A stretch of DNA of 64,000 nt, taken from assembly GCA_963758635.1 (NCBI GenBank), contig CAVWWD010000008.1, positions 1,056,001 to 1,120,000 on the forward strand, in the 5' to 3' direction. This document shows positions 1 through 11,191 of this stretch, one piece after another (position 1 is the stretch's first letter; every line of letters starts with the position of its first letter). Origin of the DNA: an uncultured Candidatus Rokubacteria bacterium (GTDB taxonomy: Bacteria; Methylomirabilota; Methylomirabilia; Rokubacteriales; CSP1-6). Below the pieces are notes generated by a model, which had not been told where the DNA came from, did no database searches, and was given only the letters and a program-made list of their open reading frames with translations. Both the position numbers and the translations under genes were made by a program.

Positions 1-183
1 CCGTGGCGTGAGAGCGGACCACTGGCCGCCTGGCCGGCGGCGCGCGTCGAGGCCGCGTTCGACCTCGCGCAGCGCCTGGCGCCGCTCTACTACGCGGCGC
101 AGTTCCGGGAGGGCCTGGCCCGCATCGAGACGAGCTGGGAGGTCCGCGGCTTCGCGCCGTTCTTCCTCCGACGCCTGCTGTAG
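1..183 (+). CDS. C-terminal part of a hypothetical protein (begins before the window)
   Basis: Open frame 1 reads PWRESGPLAAWPAARVEAAFDLAQRLAPLYYAAQFREG...FFLRRLL and stops at TAG 181-183; codon usage is genome-like. Confidence 0.55.
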   Translation, partial: PWRESGPLAAWPAARVEAAFDLAQRLAPLYYAAQFREGLARIETSWEVRGFAPFFLRRLL

Positions 184-284
184 GCCCGCGTCATTCGCGA
201 ACGGAGGCGGACGTGAACTGCAGGGCGCGTCCGGTGAGCCCGGTCATGAATAGGCCGCTCGAGAGGCCCTGACCGGAGGCGCGG

Positions 285-2954
285 TCAGTCGACGATCACG
301 ACCCCGCGGGGCGGCGTGGTCCGGGCGCGCCGGCCCTGCCGGCGGTCCAGGATCACGCGGACGCCTGCGTCTTCGCCCCAGCGCGACAGCAGGTAGTCGA
401 GGAGCCCAGCGCGCTCGCGCATCAGCACGAAGAGGTGCCCGAGCTGGCGGAGCGCGGCCACCGCGGCGTCCAGGGTGAGCCCCAGGTCCATCGCGCGGCC
501 CAGCTCGACGGCGGTCACGAGGTGTCGCTGGCGCGCGAGGGCCTCCGACTCCGAGCCGGGCAGGCCGCCCAGCGCGAGGTGGCATTGCGCGGCGAGCGGG
601 CGAAGCGCCGCGGACTCCGCGATGGCCAGGGCCTCCTGGAGCCGGTCGGCCGCGACCTCGAGATCCGCGGGATCCTGGCGCGCGGCCACCGTGCCGAGCA
701 GGCGTAGCGCCTCGGCCTCGTTGCCGCGCTCGTGATGGAGCCGGGCCAGGTCGAGCGCGGTCTCACCGGCGCGGCGCGCGGCGTCGATGCGGCCCGCGGC
801 GAGCAGGCCCTCGCCCTGCTGCGCGGTCCAGCGCGCGAGGTACGCGCGCACGCCGAGCCGCTCGGTCCGCGCCACGCCGTCGGCGAGCGGCGCGAGCGCC
901 CGGTCGGCCCGCCCGCCGCGGGCCAGCGCGATCCCCACCAGCGACGACGGGACCGGCTGCCAGACCACGAGCTGCTTCTCGCGGCAGGCGGCGAGGCTCG
1001 CCTCGAGCCGCGGCAGCGCGCGATCGAGCCGGCCACGCACCAGCCAGACGAGGCCGGCCATGGTCGAGGCGATGGCCTGGCCGTACGGGTTCTTGCCCTC
1101 CTCGGCGATCCGGACGGCGGTGGCGGCCGCGGCCTCGGCGCGGTCGAACTCGCCGAGGTCGGCGAGCGTGAACGCGAGCCATGCCGCCGAGCCCACCCGG
1201 GACACGGCCACCTGCGGCGACGAGGCGCCGGGGGCGAGCGCGGAGAGCGCGTCCAGGTTCTCGGCCAGCACGCGCTCGGCCTCGGCGCAGCGCCCCTGGG
1301 CATGCAGGCTGTAGCCCATGTAGGCGCGGGCGAGCCCGACGAGGGCGGGGTCGCCCTGGGCCTGGCCGATCGTCACGCAGCGCGCGCTGTAGCCGATGGC
1401 CGTCTCGTGCTCGCCCTTCAGGTAGTGGTAGTTGGCCAGGTAGGTGTAGACACGCGCCAGCCGCGCCTCGTCGCCGATCCGCTTGGCCAGCGCCTCGGCT
1501 TCCTGCGAGGCCTCGAGCACCTCGGGCAGGCGCCCGAGCTGGAGCAGCGGCGGGCGCATGTCCAGGCGCACGTCGATGGCCTGCTCCTGGCTCGAGCGCT
1601 CCTCCGGCATCCGCCCGAGAGCGGCGAGGGCCTGGCGGAACCGCGCGACCGCCTCGCCGTTGGCGGCGCGCACGGCGGCGCGCGTTCCGGCCTGGCGCAG
1701 GTACAGCACGGCGCGGTCCCAGATCTCGCCCCCGAGCGCGTGCTCGCCGAGGACGTTGGGCCGCGCCACCGGGTGGTCGGGGCCGAGGCCCTCGAGCGCG
1801 CCGAGCACGCGGCCGTGGAGGGCGCGGCGGCGCGCGGCCGGCATGCTCGCGTAGGCCACCTCGTGCTTGAGCGCCTGGCGGAACGACAGCTCCACGCCCG
1901 GGAACGGTCCGGTCTCGTGCAGGAACTCCGCGGCGGTGAGCCGCGCCAGGCGATCGCGCAGCGTGTCCGGCGGCAGCGCGGTGACCGCCTCGAGGATCGG
2001 CACCGGCAGCTTGATGCCGATCACCGACGACAGCTCGAGAAGATCCTGCTCCTCCGGCGAGAGGCGGCCGAGGCGCGCCGCGAGCACCGCCTGCACGGTG
2101 GCCAGGCCCTGGATCTCCGTGAGGGGCGGCGCGCTGTCAGCGTCCGCCGGGGCGTCGAGGACGCCTCGGTCCCGCAGCGCCCCCACGCACTCCTCGATGA
2201 ACAGCGGATGGCCGCCCGTGTGCTCGACCAGCACCGGGATGACGGGGGCCAGGCGCGCACTCTTCCCGAGCAGCGCCTCCAGCAGCTCGGTGGCCGCCTC
2301 CGCGGACAGCGAGTCGAGGCGGAGCGGGTTGTAGTAGGGCAGGCTCCCCCACGGCGGCGCGTACTCGGGCCGATGGCTCACGAGGAGCAGGATCGCCGAG
2401 CGCACGAGCCGCTCGACGAGGGCGTCCAGGCACGCCTGGCTCTCCGGGTCGAGCCAGTTGAGCCCCTCGCAGACGATGACGGCCGGCTCCGCGAGGCTGC
2501 CGTGGGCCAGCGCGTCGGCCACCGCTTCCACGGCGTGCTGGCGCCGGGTGGCGGGATCGAGCGTGGGCCACGCGGGGTCGGCCACGGGCACGTCGAGCAC
2601 GGACTGGAGCGCGGGCAAGGCCTCGAGCATGGCCCCGCCCGCAGCAGCGGTCCACGCGGTCAGCGCGGCGGCGACGCGCTCGGCCGGCTCGTCCTCGCCG
2701 ACCCCGAGGCGGGCGCGCAGCAGCTGCGCCACGGGCGCGTAGGACCGCAGCTCTCCGCCGGGCAGCGCGTCGCCGACGAGGATGCGCCAGCCCTGGTCCG
2801 CGGACCGGCGCGTCAGCTCGTTGAGCAGCCGGGACTTGCCCACGCCGGGCTCTCCCACGACCGCCACCACCTGTCCCTGGCCGGTGCGGGCGCGCTTGAG
2901 GGCGAGCCCCAGGAACTCGAGCTCGTCGTGGCGGTTCACGAACGGGGTGGGCAT
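285..2954 (-). CDS. STAND/AAA ATPase with TPR repeats (cyclase-associated type, cyclase domain absent)
   Basis: FVNR..EL start, Walker A GEPGVGKS, GxP motif GGHPLF, TPR-like helices. Confidence 0.85.
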   Translation of the reverse strand: MPTPFVNRHDELEFLGLALKRARTGQGQVVAVVGEPGVGKSRLLNELTRRSADQGWRILVGDALPGGELRSYAPVAQLLRARLGVGEDEPAERVAAALTAWTAAAGGAMLEALPALQSVLDVPVADPAWPTLDPATRRQHAVEAVADALAHGSLAEPAVIVCEGLNWLDPESQACLDALVERLVRSAILLLVSHRPEYAPPWGSLPYYNPLRLDSLSAEAATELLEALLGKSARLAPVIPVLVEHTGGHPLFIEECVGALRDRGVLDAPADADSAPPLTEIQGLATVQAVLAARLGRLSPEEQDLLELSSVIGIKLPVPILEAVTALPPDTLRDRLARLTAAEFLHETGPFPGVELSFRQALKHEVAYASMPAARRRALHGRVLGALEGLGPDHPVARPNVLGEHALGGEIWDRAVLYLRQAGTRAAVRAANGEAVARFRQALAALGRMPEERSSQEQAIDVRLDMRPPLLQLGRLPEVLEASQEAEALAKRIGDEARLARVYTYLANYHYLKGEHETAIGYSARCVTIGQAQGDPALVGLARAYMGYSLHAQGRCAEAERVLAENLDALSALAPGASSPQVAVSRVGSAAWLAFTLADLGEFDRAEAAAATAVRIAEEGKNPYGQAIASTMAGLVWLVRGRLDRALPRLEASLAACREKQLVVWQPVPSSLVGIALARGGRADRALAPLADGVARTERLGVRAYLARWTAQQGEGLLAAGRIDAARRAGETALDLARLHHERGNEAEALRLLGTVAARQDPADLEVAADRLQEALAIAESAALRPLAAQCHLALGGLPGSESEALARQRHLVTAVELGRAMDLGLTLDAAVAALRQLGHLFVLMRERAGLLDYLLSRWGEDAGVRVILDRRQGRRARTTPPRGVVIVD

Positions 2955-2981
2955 GTCAGAGCCCAGGCCGGGACGGAGCGG

Positions 2982-4511
2982 CTAGATGCGCGCGGTGCGG
3001 CCGGCCCAGTAAGGGTCCCGGAGCACACGCTTGACGAGCTTTCCCGCGCTGTCCCGCGGGAGCTCGTCGTGCAACGACACCTCGCGCGGCACCTTGTAGT
3101 CCGCGACGTGCTGGCGCGCGAAGGCCCGCAGATCGTCCGCGGTCGCGGCCTGGCCGGGGCGGAGCTGCACGGCGGCATGCACGCGCTCGCCCCAGTCGTC
3201 GTCGGGCACGCCGAACACCGCCACGTCCTCCACCGCGGGGTGGCGATGGAGCGCGTCCTCGATCTCCGCGGGATAGATGTTGACCCCGCCCGAGATGATC
3301 ATGTCGCGCTTCCTGTCGCAGATGTAGTAGTAGCCCTCGGCGTCGACCCAGGCGACGTCGCCGACGGAGTGCCACTCGCCGCGCTGCGTCTGCCGGGTCG
3401 CGTCCGGGTTCTTCCAGTACCCGTCGAACATCCCGCCGAAGCGCCGCACGTGGAGCTCCCCCGGCTGCCCCACCGGCACCGGCGCGCCGTCGTCGTCGAG
3501 GAGCGCGATCTCCACGTTGGGCGCGACGGCGCCGCACGAGCCCGGCTTCCGCAGCACGTCCTCGGGACGGAGGATCGTGTTGATGCCGAGCTCGGTGGAG
3601 CCGTAGAACTCGTAGAAGCTGGGCCCGAAGTAGCGGATCGCCTCCTCCTTCACCCGCATCGGGCAGGGGGCGGCCGCCACCACGAGCGAGCGCATGGACG
3701 AGACGTTGTACCGGGCGCGCACCGCCGCGGGCAGGTCGAGGATGCGCTTGACCAGCGTCGGGGCCATGAACGTGCTCGTGCAGCGATGGCGGTGGATCAG
3801 GTCGAGGGCGTGCTCGGGATCGAACCGCTTCATGACCACGACGGTGCCGCCCAGGAGCCCCACGAACACCGCGAAGGAGCCGGGCGCGGAATGGTAGAGG
3901 GGCCCGGCGACCAGGTGGACGTGGTCGGGATGCATCATGCCGAGCGCGCGCATGAAGGCGAGCGAGACGTTCGGGTCGCTGGCGCTCCGGTAGGCGCCCT
4001 TGGGCCGCCCGGTGGTGCCGCCCGTGTAGATCATCGATCCTCCGAGCCCGAGCTCGGGATCGTCGGCGGGCGTGTCGGCGCTCCCGGAGGCGACGAGGTC
4101 GGCCAGGCTCCGGGCCCAGGGCCGCCGCTCCTCGCCCATGAGGACCCAGTGGCGCACCTTGGCCGCGCCGTCGCGCACCTGCTCGATCACGGGCAGGAAG
4201 GAGTCGCCGACGAACACGGTGCTCGCGTCCGCGTGGTCCAGGATGTACGCCACCTCGTCGGCAACGAGGCGGTGGTTCATGGGCACGGCGGCGGCGCCGG
4301 CCGCGCGCGCCGCCGCGGGCGCGAGCAGGCACTCGAGCGAGTTGTGGGCGTAGGTGACGGTGCGATCGCCCTTGCCGACGCCGAGGCCGATCAGGGCGTT
4401 GGCGAGGCGGTTCCGGCGCAGCAGGAGCTCCGCCCAGGTCCACCGGCGGTCGTCCTCCACGAGGGCGATCGCGTCGGGCTTCTGGGCGGCCTGGATCGCG
4501 ATGTGGTCCAC
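2982..4511 (-). CDS. AMP-binding acyl-CoA synthetase
   Basis: YTGGTTGRPKG, FYGSTE, GD, DRKRDMIISGGVNIYPAEIE and GK motifs. Confidence 0.93.
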   Translation of the reverse strand: MDHIAIQAAQKPDAIALVEDDRRWTWAELLLRRNRLANALIGLGVGKGDRTVTYAHNSLECLLAPAAARAAGAAAVPMNHRLVADEVAYILDHADASTVFVGDSFLPVIEQVRDGAAKVRHWVLMGEERRPWARSLADLVASGSADTPADDPELGLGGSMIYTGGTTGRPKGAYRSASDPNVSLAFMRALGMMHPDHVHLVAGPLYHSAPGSFAVFVGLLGGTVVVMKRFDPEHALDLIHRHRCTSTFMAPTLVKRILDLPAAVRARYNVSSMRSLVVAAAPCPMRVKEEAIRYFGPSFYEFYGSTELGINTILRPEDVLRKPGSCGAVAPNVEIALLDDDGAPVPVGQPGELHVRRFGGMFDGYWKNPDATRQTQRGEWHSVGDVAWVDAEGYYYICDRKRDMIISGGVNIYPAEIEDALHRHPAVEDVAVFGVPDDDWGERVHAAVQLRPGQAATADDLRAFARQHVADYKVPREVSLHDELPRDSAGKLVKRVLRDPYWAGRTARI

Positions 4512-4527
4512 TCGTCAACCAACTAAG

Positions 4528-5310
4528 CTAGCCCAGGAAGTCCGCGACGGCGCGGGCGAACGCGTCGGGCTGCTCGTACGGCAGCATGTGGCCTGCCTCC
4601 GGCAGCGTCGTCACCCGCGCGCCCGGGATCAGCTCGGCCCAGCGCCGGGCGTAGGCGGGCACGATCAGCCGGTCCGACGCGCCCCAGACCACGAGGGTGG
4701 GGGCGGACAACCGGTAGAGACGCTTCGAGAGCCGGCGATTCGGGATCGGGAACAGGATCTTCCCCGCCATCGAGAGACGCCGCTGGTTGCCCAGATAGAA
4801 GTCCTTGAGCGCCTCCATGTCCGAGAGGTCGGCCCCGCCGGTGAGCAGGGCCTGACCGCGCGCCGGATCGTGGAAGAGCAGGTCCGCGAACTGGTAGGGC
4901 AGCAGCGCGAAGATGTCCGGGATCGGATGCTCGTCGAGCCAGAGGCCCGCCGCGGCGGCCAGGACCAGCTTGCCGGGATCGCGCGGAGCCAGGCACGCCA
5001 TCTCGGCCGCGATCATGCCGCCCATCGAATGGCCCACCAGGTGCGGCCGCGAGAGCCCGAGGGCGTCGGCGAGGTCCCAGCCGTGGAGCGCGAAGTCCAG
5101 CATGTCCTCGAGCAGATCCTCGCCCGTGGACTCGCCGTAGCCCGGCCACTCGGGGGCGAACACGGCGTAGCGCCTGGCGAGCTCGTCGAGGAACGGGTTG
5201 TCGGCGAGGAGGCCGCCGGCGCCGTGCAGGAAGAGCAGCGGCGCTCCGCTGCCGCCCTCGAGCACGCGGCAGCGCGTGCCCTTGCGTGTCTCGACGAGGC
5301 GCGACTTCAC
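4528..5310 (-). CDS. alpha/beta fold hydrolase
   Basis: FLHGAGG, nucleophile GHSMGG, AGH; GTG start overlaps the upstream TGA. Confidence 0.88.
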   Translation of the reverse strand: MKSRLVETRKGTRCRVLEGGSGAPLLFLHGAGGLLADNPFLDELARRYAVFAPEWPGYGESTGEDLLEDMLDFALHGWDLADALGLSRPHLVGHSMGGMIAAEMACLAPRDPGKLVLAAAAGLWLDEHPIPDIFALLPYQFADLLFHDPARGQALLTGGADLSDMEALKDFYLGNQRRLSMAGKILFPIPNRRLSKRLYRLSAPTLVVWGASDRLIVPAYARRWAELIPGARVTTLPEAGHMLPYEQPDAFARAVADFLG

Positions 5311-6573
5311 CGCGGCCACTCCGCGGGCGGCTTCTCGGCGCCGGGCCTGGTCTCCTCCGGCCGCAGCCGATCGTCCATGGGGTGCATCCACCAGCGGTCG
5401 TCGTGCTTCCATTCCGGCCAGAGGTCGCGCAGGTGGGGCATGACCTTCTCGGCGAACAGCTTGGACGAGTGGCGGGTCTTCCAGTCCGGCATGTTGCCGT
5501 TGTGGAACAGGCAGAACAGATGGCCGATCCGGAGCCCGTGGATGCACTCCTCGAGCTGCTGGCGGACCGTCTCCGGGCTGCCCGCGATGATGAAGCGCTC
5601 GTCCACGAGCTGCTTCCACGTGAGGTTCTCGAGGATCTTCTGGCGCTCCATCCGGAGCTGCGACAGCGCCCCGTACTTGATCGTGGCCATCGTGCGGTAG
5701 CCGGGCGGGTCGGCGAAGCCCGGGAAAGACGTGCAGGCAGCGGTTGAAGAAGTAGAGGCAGTGCTCGGCGTAGAGGCGCTCGGCCTCGGCGTCGGTGTCG
5801 GCCACGCAGATGATCTGGGCGAAGGCGGCGCGATAGGGCGACTCGTCCTTGCCACGCGCGGCCACGCGCTCCCAGTACCCGTCCAGGAGCGACTTCCCGC
5901 GCAGGTAGCCGAAGAACGACAGGTACGAGTAGTTGTAGTCGTGGTCGAGGCAGAAGTCCCACGTCTCGATGGAGCCGCCGCCCGGGATGTAGATGGGCGG
6001 GTGTGGCTTCTGGATGGGCTTGGGCCAGCAGTTCACCCAGCGGAGCTGGTTGTACTTGCCGTCGAAGGCGAACGGCTCCTCGCGCGCCCACGCCTGCATG
6101 ATCATGTCGTGGGCCTCGCGGTACTTGTCGCGGGTCAGGGCGGGGATCTGCCCGTAGCAGAAGTTGGTGTCCATCGGCGTGCCGACGGGGAAGCCGGCGA
6201 TGAGGCGCCCGCCCGAGATGACGTCGAGCATGGCGAACTCCTCGGCCACGCGGATCGGCGGGTTGTAGCCGGCGATCGAGTTGCCGATCACGCAGAGGGC
6301 CGCGCGGGACGTCCGCCGCGCGAGGCCGGCGGCGATCAGGTTCGGCGACGGCATGAGCCCGTAGCCGTTCTGATGGTGCTCGTTGCAGCCGATCCCGTCG
6401 AACCCCAGGCTCTCGGCGTACTCGAGCTGGTCCATGTACGTGTGGTAGACGTGGTGGCCCTTCCGGGGGTCGTAGAGCGAGCTGGGGATGTCCACCCAGA
6501 CCGATCGATGGGTCTCCCGGAAGTCGTCGGGCAGGTACGGCCACGGCATGAGGTTGAACCAGGTGAACTTCAT
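5307..6573 (-). CDS. LLM-class flavin-dependent oxidoreductase (frameshift near 5725)
   Basis: NEHH, RVAEEFAMLDVISGGRL, PKPIQKPHPPI; C-terminus continues in ORF 5307..5855. Confidence 0.88.
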
Positions 6574-6817
6574 GGGAGGACCTCCGCGCGTTGGAATTGC
6601 GCGGATTCTAGCACGCTGGCCCGCCGGGAACTTTTGCGCGGCCGGCCAGTTCGCCATGGTCCGATCCGACCCGGCCGTGTCGTTTCGACGCGCTCGGGCC
6701 GCCGTCCCGTCACGCGAAACCGCGTCCCGCACGGGAGAGTCGTCCTGTATTGCGCCGGTCGGACGCAGGGTTTTTCAGGCGCGACTCCGATGGCCGCGCC
6801 GCGGCCGCTGGTGGCAC

Positions 6818-6833
6818 TGGCACCTTCATTGCT
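6818..6833 (+). promoter_or_regulatory. sigma54 -24/-12 promoter
   Basis: TGGCACCTTCATTGCT (GG-N10-GC), 38 nt upstream of an RBS-led ATG. Confidence 0.75.
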
Positions 6834-6871
6834 CACCGACCGGCGCCAGCCGTCGATCGAGGGGAGGCGCC

Positions 6872-7029
6872 ATGACGCGAGGAGCGAGGAGGCGCGCAAG
6901 CGGTAGAGTCGGATCGTTGTGGCGGCGCTGGCCGCCGTGGTGTCTGTGACCGGAGGCTGCGCCACGAGCCGAGAGAGCTGGTGGGGCAAGGCCATCACGG
7001 TGAGCCCGGATCGGATCTTCCAGAACTGA
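6872..7029 (+). CDS. small lipoprotein (apparent 1-bp frameshift near 6908)
   Basis: GGAGG RBS then MTRGARRR; shifted frame gives RIVVAALAAVVSVTGG-CATSRESWWGKAITVSPDRIFQN*, lipobox-like. Confidence 0.5.
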
Positions 7030-7061
7030 GCCACGATCCGCGGCCCGGAGGGAACGAGGAC

Positions 7062-7615
7062 ATGCGTGGACTCGTCAGACCGATCGGCTTCTTTCTCGCC
7101 GTGCTGACGCTCGCCTTCTTCCTGGGCGGCTGCCCGAAGCGCCCGGTGGCCCCGGTGGCGCAGGCGCCGGTTCCGGTGGCCCCGCCGGCGCCCGCGCCGG
7201 CCCCCGGCGCGCCTCCGGCCGCGCGCGCGCCCGAGCCCACGCCGGCGCCCGCAGCACCGCCAGGGAGTTCGCCGCCGTCGCCGGGCTGCGCACCGTGCAC
7301 TTCGGCTTCGACAAGTCCGTCATCCGTCCCGGCGACGCCCGGATCCTCGACGCCGGCGCGGACTGGCTCAAGAGCAATCCCCGTAGCATCGTGCTCGTCG
7401 AGGGCCACTGCGACGAGCGCGGGACCAGCGAGTACAACCTGGCTCTCGGCGATCGGCGGGCCCGTGCGGTGGTCGCCTACCTCGCCCGAAAGGGCATCGA
7501 CGCGAGGCGGTTCACGACCATCTCCTACGGCGAGGCCCGCCCCGTCTGCACCGAGAAGGCCGAGTCCTGCTGGGCGAGGAACCGGCGGGCCGAGAGCCTG
7601 ACCAAGGAGCGCTGA
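7062..7615 (+). CDS. pal: Pal/OmpA-family peptidoglycan-associated lipoprotein (frameshift near 7260)
   Basis: Lipobox LGGC, Pro-rich linker, HFGFDKS, EGHCDERGTSEYNLALGDRRA, ARNRR. Confidence 0.88.
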
Positions 7616-7628
7616 AGGAGAGTAGGCG

Positions 7629-8556
7629 CTACCGGACGCGGCCGCCGGTGCCGCGCAGCCGCGGGTCGAGCACGTCGCGGAGCGCGTCGCCCAGCATGTT
7701 GAAGCCGAACACGGCGAGCGAGATGGCGGCGCCCGGCCAGATCGCCATCCACGGGGCGGTGTAGAAGAAGGAGCGGCCCGACCCCGAGAGCATGGCCCCC
7801 CACGACGGATACGGCGGCGGCACGCCGAAGCCCAGGAAGGACAGCGCGGACTCGGCGAGGATCGCGCCGCCGAGGCCGATCGTGGCCAGGATGATGATCG
7901 TGGCCGCCACGTTGGGCAGGAGGTAGCGGATCATGATGCGCAGGTGGCCCGCGCCGACCGCGCGCGCCGCCTCGACGTACTGGTTCTGCGCCGCGGAGAG
8001 CGTGGCGCCCCGGATCACGCGCGAGGCGCCGGCCGCCCCGAGCACGCCCAGGGCGAGGATCACGTTCAGCAGGCCCGGGCCCAGCACGGCCATGATCGAC
8101 AGGATGACCACGAGGAACGGGAAGGACTGCCACGCGTCCACGACGCGCTGGACGCAGATGTCGTACTTGCCCCCGAAGTACCCGCTGGTGATGCCGATGG
8201 CCGCGGCGAGGACGTTGGCGAGCAGCACCGCGCCGAAGCCCACCGTGACGGAGATGCGCGCGCCGTAGACCACGCGGCTGAACACGTCGCGCCCCAGGTT
8301 GTCGGTCCCCATCAGGTAGGTCATGCCCGGGGCCTTCATGCGCGCCCCGCGGATCGTCTCGTCGTAGGAGTACGGCGCGATCACGTTCGCGAAGAGCGCG
8401 GTCACGATCATCACGACGACCAGGAGCCCGCCGAACGCCCCGAGCGGCTTGCGCCGGCAGAAGAGCCAGGTCGTGCGGCTCAACCGCGCGAAGCGGCCGG
8501 AGGCGCGAGGAGGGGTGAGGCACGGGGCAGTGCAGGACGTCGACGTGATTGGCCAT
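7629..8556 (-). CDS. peptide/nickel ABC permease, DppC/OppC-like (5' end garbled)
   Basis: MGTDNLGRDVFSRVVYGAR, YVEAARAVGA, ESALSFLG, GDALRDVLDPR. Confidence 0.85.
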
Positions 8557-8559
8557 GCT

Positions 8560-9506
8560 TTTACGTAGCGGATCCTTGGGGTCGCAGGAGGGCGTAGCGT
8601 GGCGTCGACCAGGAGGTTCATGACGACCACGACGCAGACGATGAGGAGGTTGATCCCCTGGATCACGGGGTAGTCGCGCTGGTTGATCGCGTCGAAGAGG
8701 AAGCGGCCCATGCCGGGCAGGCCGAAGATCTGCTCGAAGATGACGGTGCCGCCGAGGATCTGGGCGATCTGCAGGCCGAGCACGGTGATGACCGGGATGA
8801 CGGCGTTCTTGAGGCTGTGCTTGAGGACGACCACGCGCTCGCGCAGGCCCTTGGACCACGCCGTCCGGACGTAGTCCTGGCGGAGCACGTCCAGCAGCAT
8901 GGCGCGGGTGAGGCGCATGAGGGCCGCGGCCGACGCCAGGGCGAGGATGGCGGCGGGCAGCAGGAACTGGGCGATGTGGGCCCACGGGTCCTTCGTGAAC
9001 TCCGTGAACTGGATGGGCGGGCTCCACCCCCACCAGATGGCGGGGAGCAGGACGACGAGCGTGGCGATCCAGAAGCCGGGCACGGACAGGCCCATGATCG
9101 CCATGCTCCGCGCCGCGTAGTCGCCGATCGTGTCCTGGCGGATGGCCGCGATGACCCCGACGGGAATGGCCATCATGAGCGCGAAGATGAGCGCGAGCAC
9201 GCCCAGCTCGAGGCTGATCGGCATGCGCCGGGCGAGCTCCTCCACGACCGGCCGCTTCGTCCAGAGCGACTCGCCGAGGTCCCCGCGCAGGATCCGCCCG
9301 ACCCACTCGAAGTACTGCACGTAGATCGGCCGGTTCAGGCCGAGCTTCTCGCGCAGGTCCTCGAGGTCCTTGCCGTAGGCCTTCTCCTCCAGCATGAGCT
9401 GCACCACGTCGCCCGGGATGAGCCGCGGCAGCGAGAACACGATGAACGAGGCGATGATCAGCGACGGGATCGCCACGAGCAGCCGCCGGAGGACGTACTT
9501 CCGCAT
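8560..9506 (-). CDS. peptide/nickel ABC permease, DppB/OppB-like (3' end garbled)
   Basis: MRKYVLRRL, GDLGES, DYVRTAWSKGL, RDYPVIQG. Confidence 0.88.
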
Positions 9507-9524
9507 GCCGCGGGGCGGGCTCCG

Positions 9525-11168
9525 CTACTTGTCCAGCCAGGCCGTCATCAAGCGCCCGCCGTAATCGTGGCCGATGTTCGGTCCGAAGTTCTTGACGTGC
9601 GGCATCCATGCCGCGACGCAGCTGACCGACGGCCCGTAGGAGTAGTACACCTGCTGGGAGACCAGGCGCTGGATGTCGAACACGATCTCCCGCCGCTTCT
9701 TCTCGTCGAACGTGCGGCGCTGCAGCTTGATCATCTCGGTGAGCTTCGGGTCGTTGACGCCGGCGGAGTTCAGCGGCTCGCCGGGCAAGAGCGACGTGAA
9801 GTACGTGTCGGGGTCGGTGGTGCCGCCCCGGAGCGTGATGATCGCTTTCTCGAACTTCCCGAGGAGGCTCGACGACACGAACGCCCCGTACTCCTTCAGC
9901 TTCAGGTCGACCTCGATGCCCGCGCTCTTGAGGTTCTTGAGCGACACCTGCACGGCGTCCATCCAGTCCGGGCCGTAGCCCGGCGTGGTCTCGACGATCG
10001 TCTTGATGCCGTTCGGGTGCCCGGCCTCGGCGAGCAGCTTCCTGGCCGCCGCGGTGTCGGAGCTCGTAGAGCTTCCGGCCCTCGGCGGGGAGCTGGTCGA
10101 TCGGGATCGACCACTCCTTGAGGGCGGCGGGGATGAGCGGGTTGGGCGCGCCCTGGCCGAGAGACCAGGCGTTGGTCTCCAGCATCTCCCGCCAGTTCTG
10201 GGCCATGGCCATCGCCCGCCGCACGCGGACGTCCTTGAACGGGTCCTGGTCGAGCTTGGCCGACGATGAAGCCGCCGAACACCACGATGTAGTCGCGGGT
10301 GCCCAGGCCCTTGACGCGCGCCTTCGCGATGTCGAGGTCGCTCCGGCGCACGACCATCCCGTACTCGGGGCCGAAGTCGTACTTGCCGGCGAGGAAGGCG
10401 GCGAACCCCGAGGCGGGGTCGGCGTCGAGCGTGACGTGAACGCCGTCGGCGTACGGCAGGCCCGGCACGAAGTAGTTCGGGTTCCGCACGAAGGAGATGC
10501 GCACGTTGGGCTCGTAGCGCTCGAGCATCCAGGGGCCCGTGCCCACCACGCTCTCGGGCTTGCGGAGGTCGCCGTGCTGGTCGACGGACTCCTTGGCCAC
10601 GATCCACGTGGAGGTGGACGCCAGGCGCTCCACGAACCACGCGTTCGGCTCCTTCAGGGTGAACTTGACCGTGTGCTTGTCGACGGCCTCGACCTTGTCG
10701 ACCATCTCGAGCACCGGGCGATTGGCGTTGCCCTTGATGTTGAGGAACCGGTCGTACGTGTAGCGGACGTCCTCGGCGGTGAGCTCGCGGCCGTTCACCG
10801 GCGGCTTCGGATGCCAGCGCACGCCCTTCCGGAGCTTGAACACGTAGACGGTGTCGCCCTGGCGCTCCCACGACTCGGCCAGGTCCCCCTCAACGGGCTG
10901 CGTGCCCGGCACCACCGCGGAGCCGCCCTTGACCTTCACGAGGCGGCTGTACGCGAACGACAGCGGGATCATGGTCGAGAACGCGATCGTCTGGTGGGGA
11001 TCGAAATGCACGGGGGCGACGTGCGAGCGCAGCCGGAACGTGCCGCCGCGCTTGGGCGTCTGCGCCTCGGTGACGGCGGGGCCGGCGAGCGGCGCCCGCG
11101 GCGAGGGCGGCGCCGCCCAGCTTCAGGACCTGGCGGCGCGAGACGGTCGAGTCGGCGGCGTGCTCCAT
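9525..11168 (-). CDS. family-5 ABC solute-binding protein, Tat signal (several frameshifts)
   Basis: SRRQVLK, HFDPH, GDLAESW, GTGPWML, WLDK* assembled across frames. Confidence 0.82.
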
Positions 11169-11191
11169 GGACGGTCCTCCGGTGGTAGGGG

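Noticed and set aside
4528..6732. LLM-hydrolase fusion ORF (734 aa)
   Set aside because: A frameshift near 5725 joins two genes; the separate GTGA start/stop overlap is visible at 5307-5310
7629..9506. Fused DppB-DppC permease
   Set aside because: The junction is garbled; remnants of the DppB end (PRIRY) and a second ATG are present
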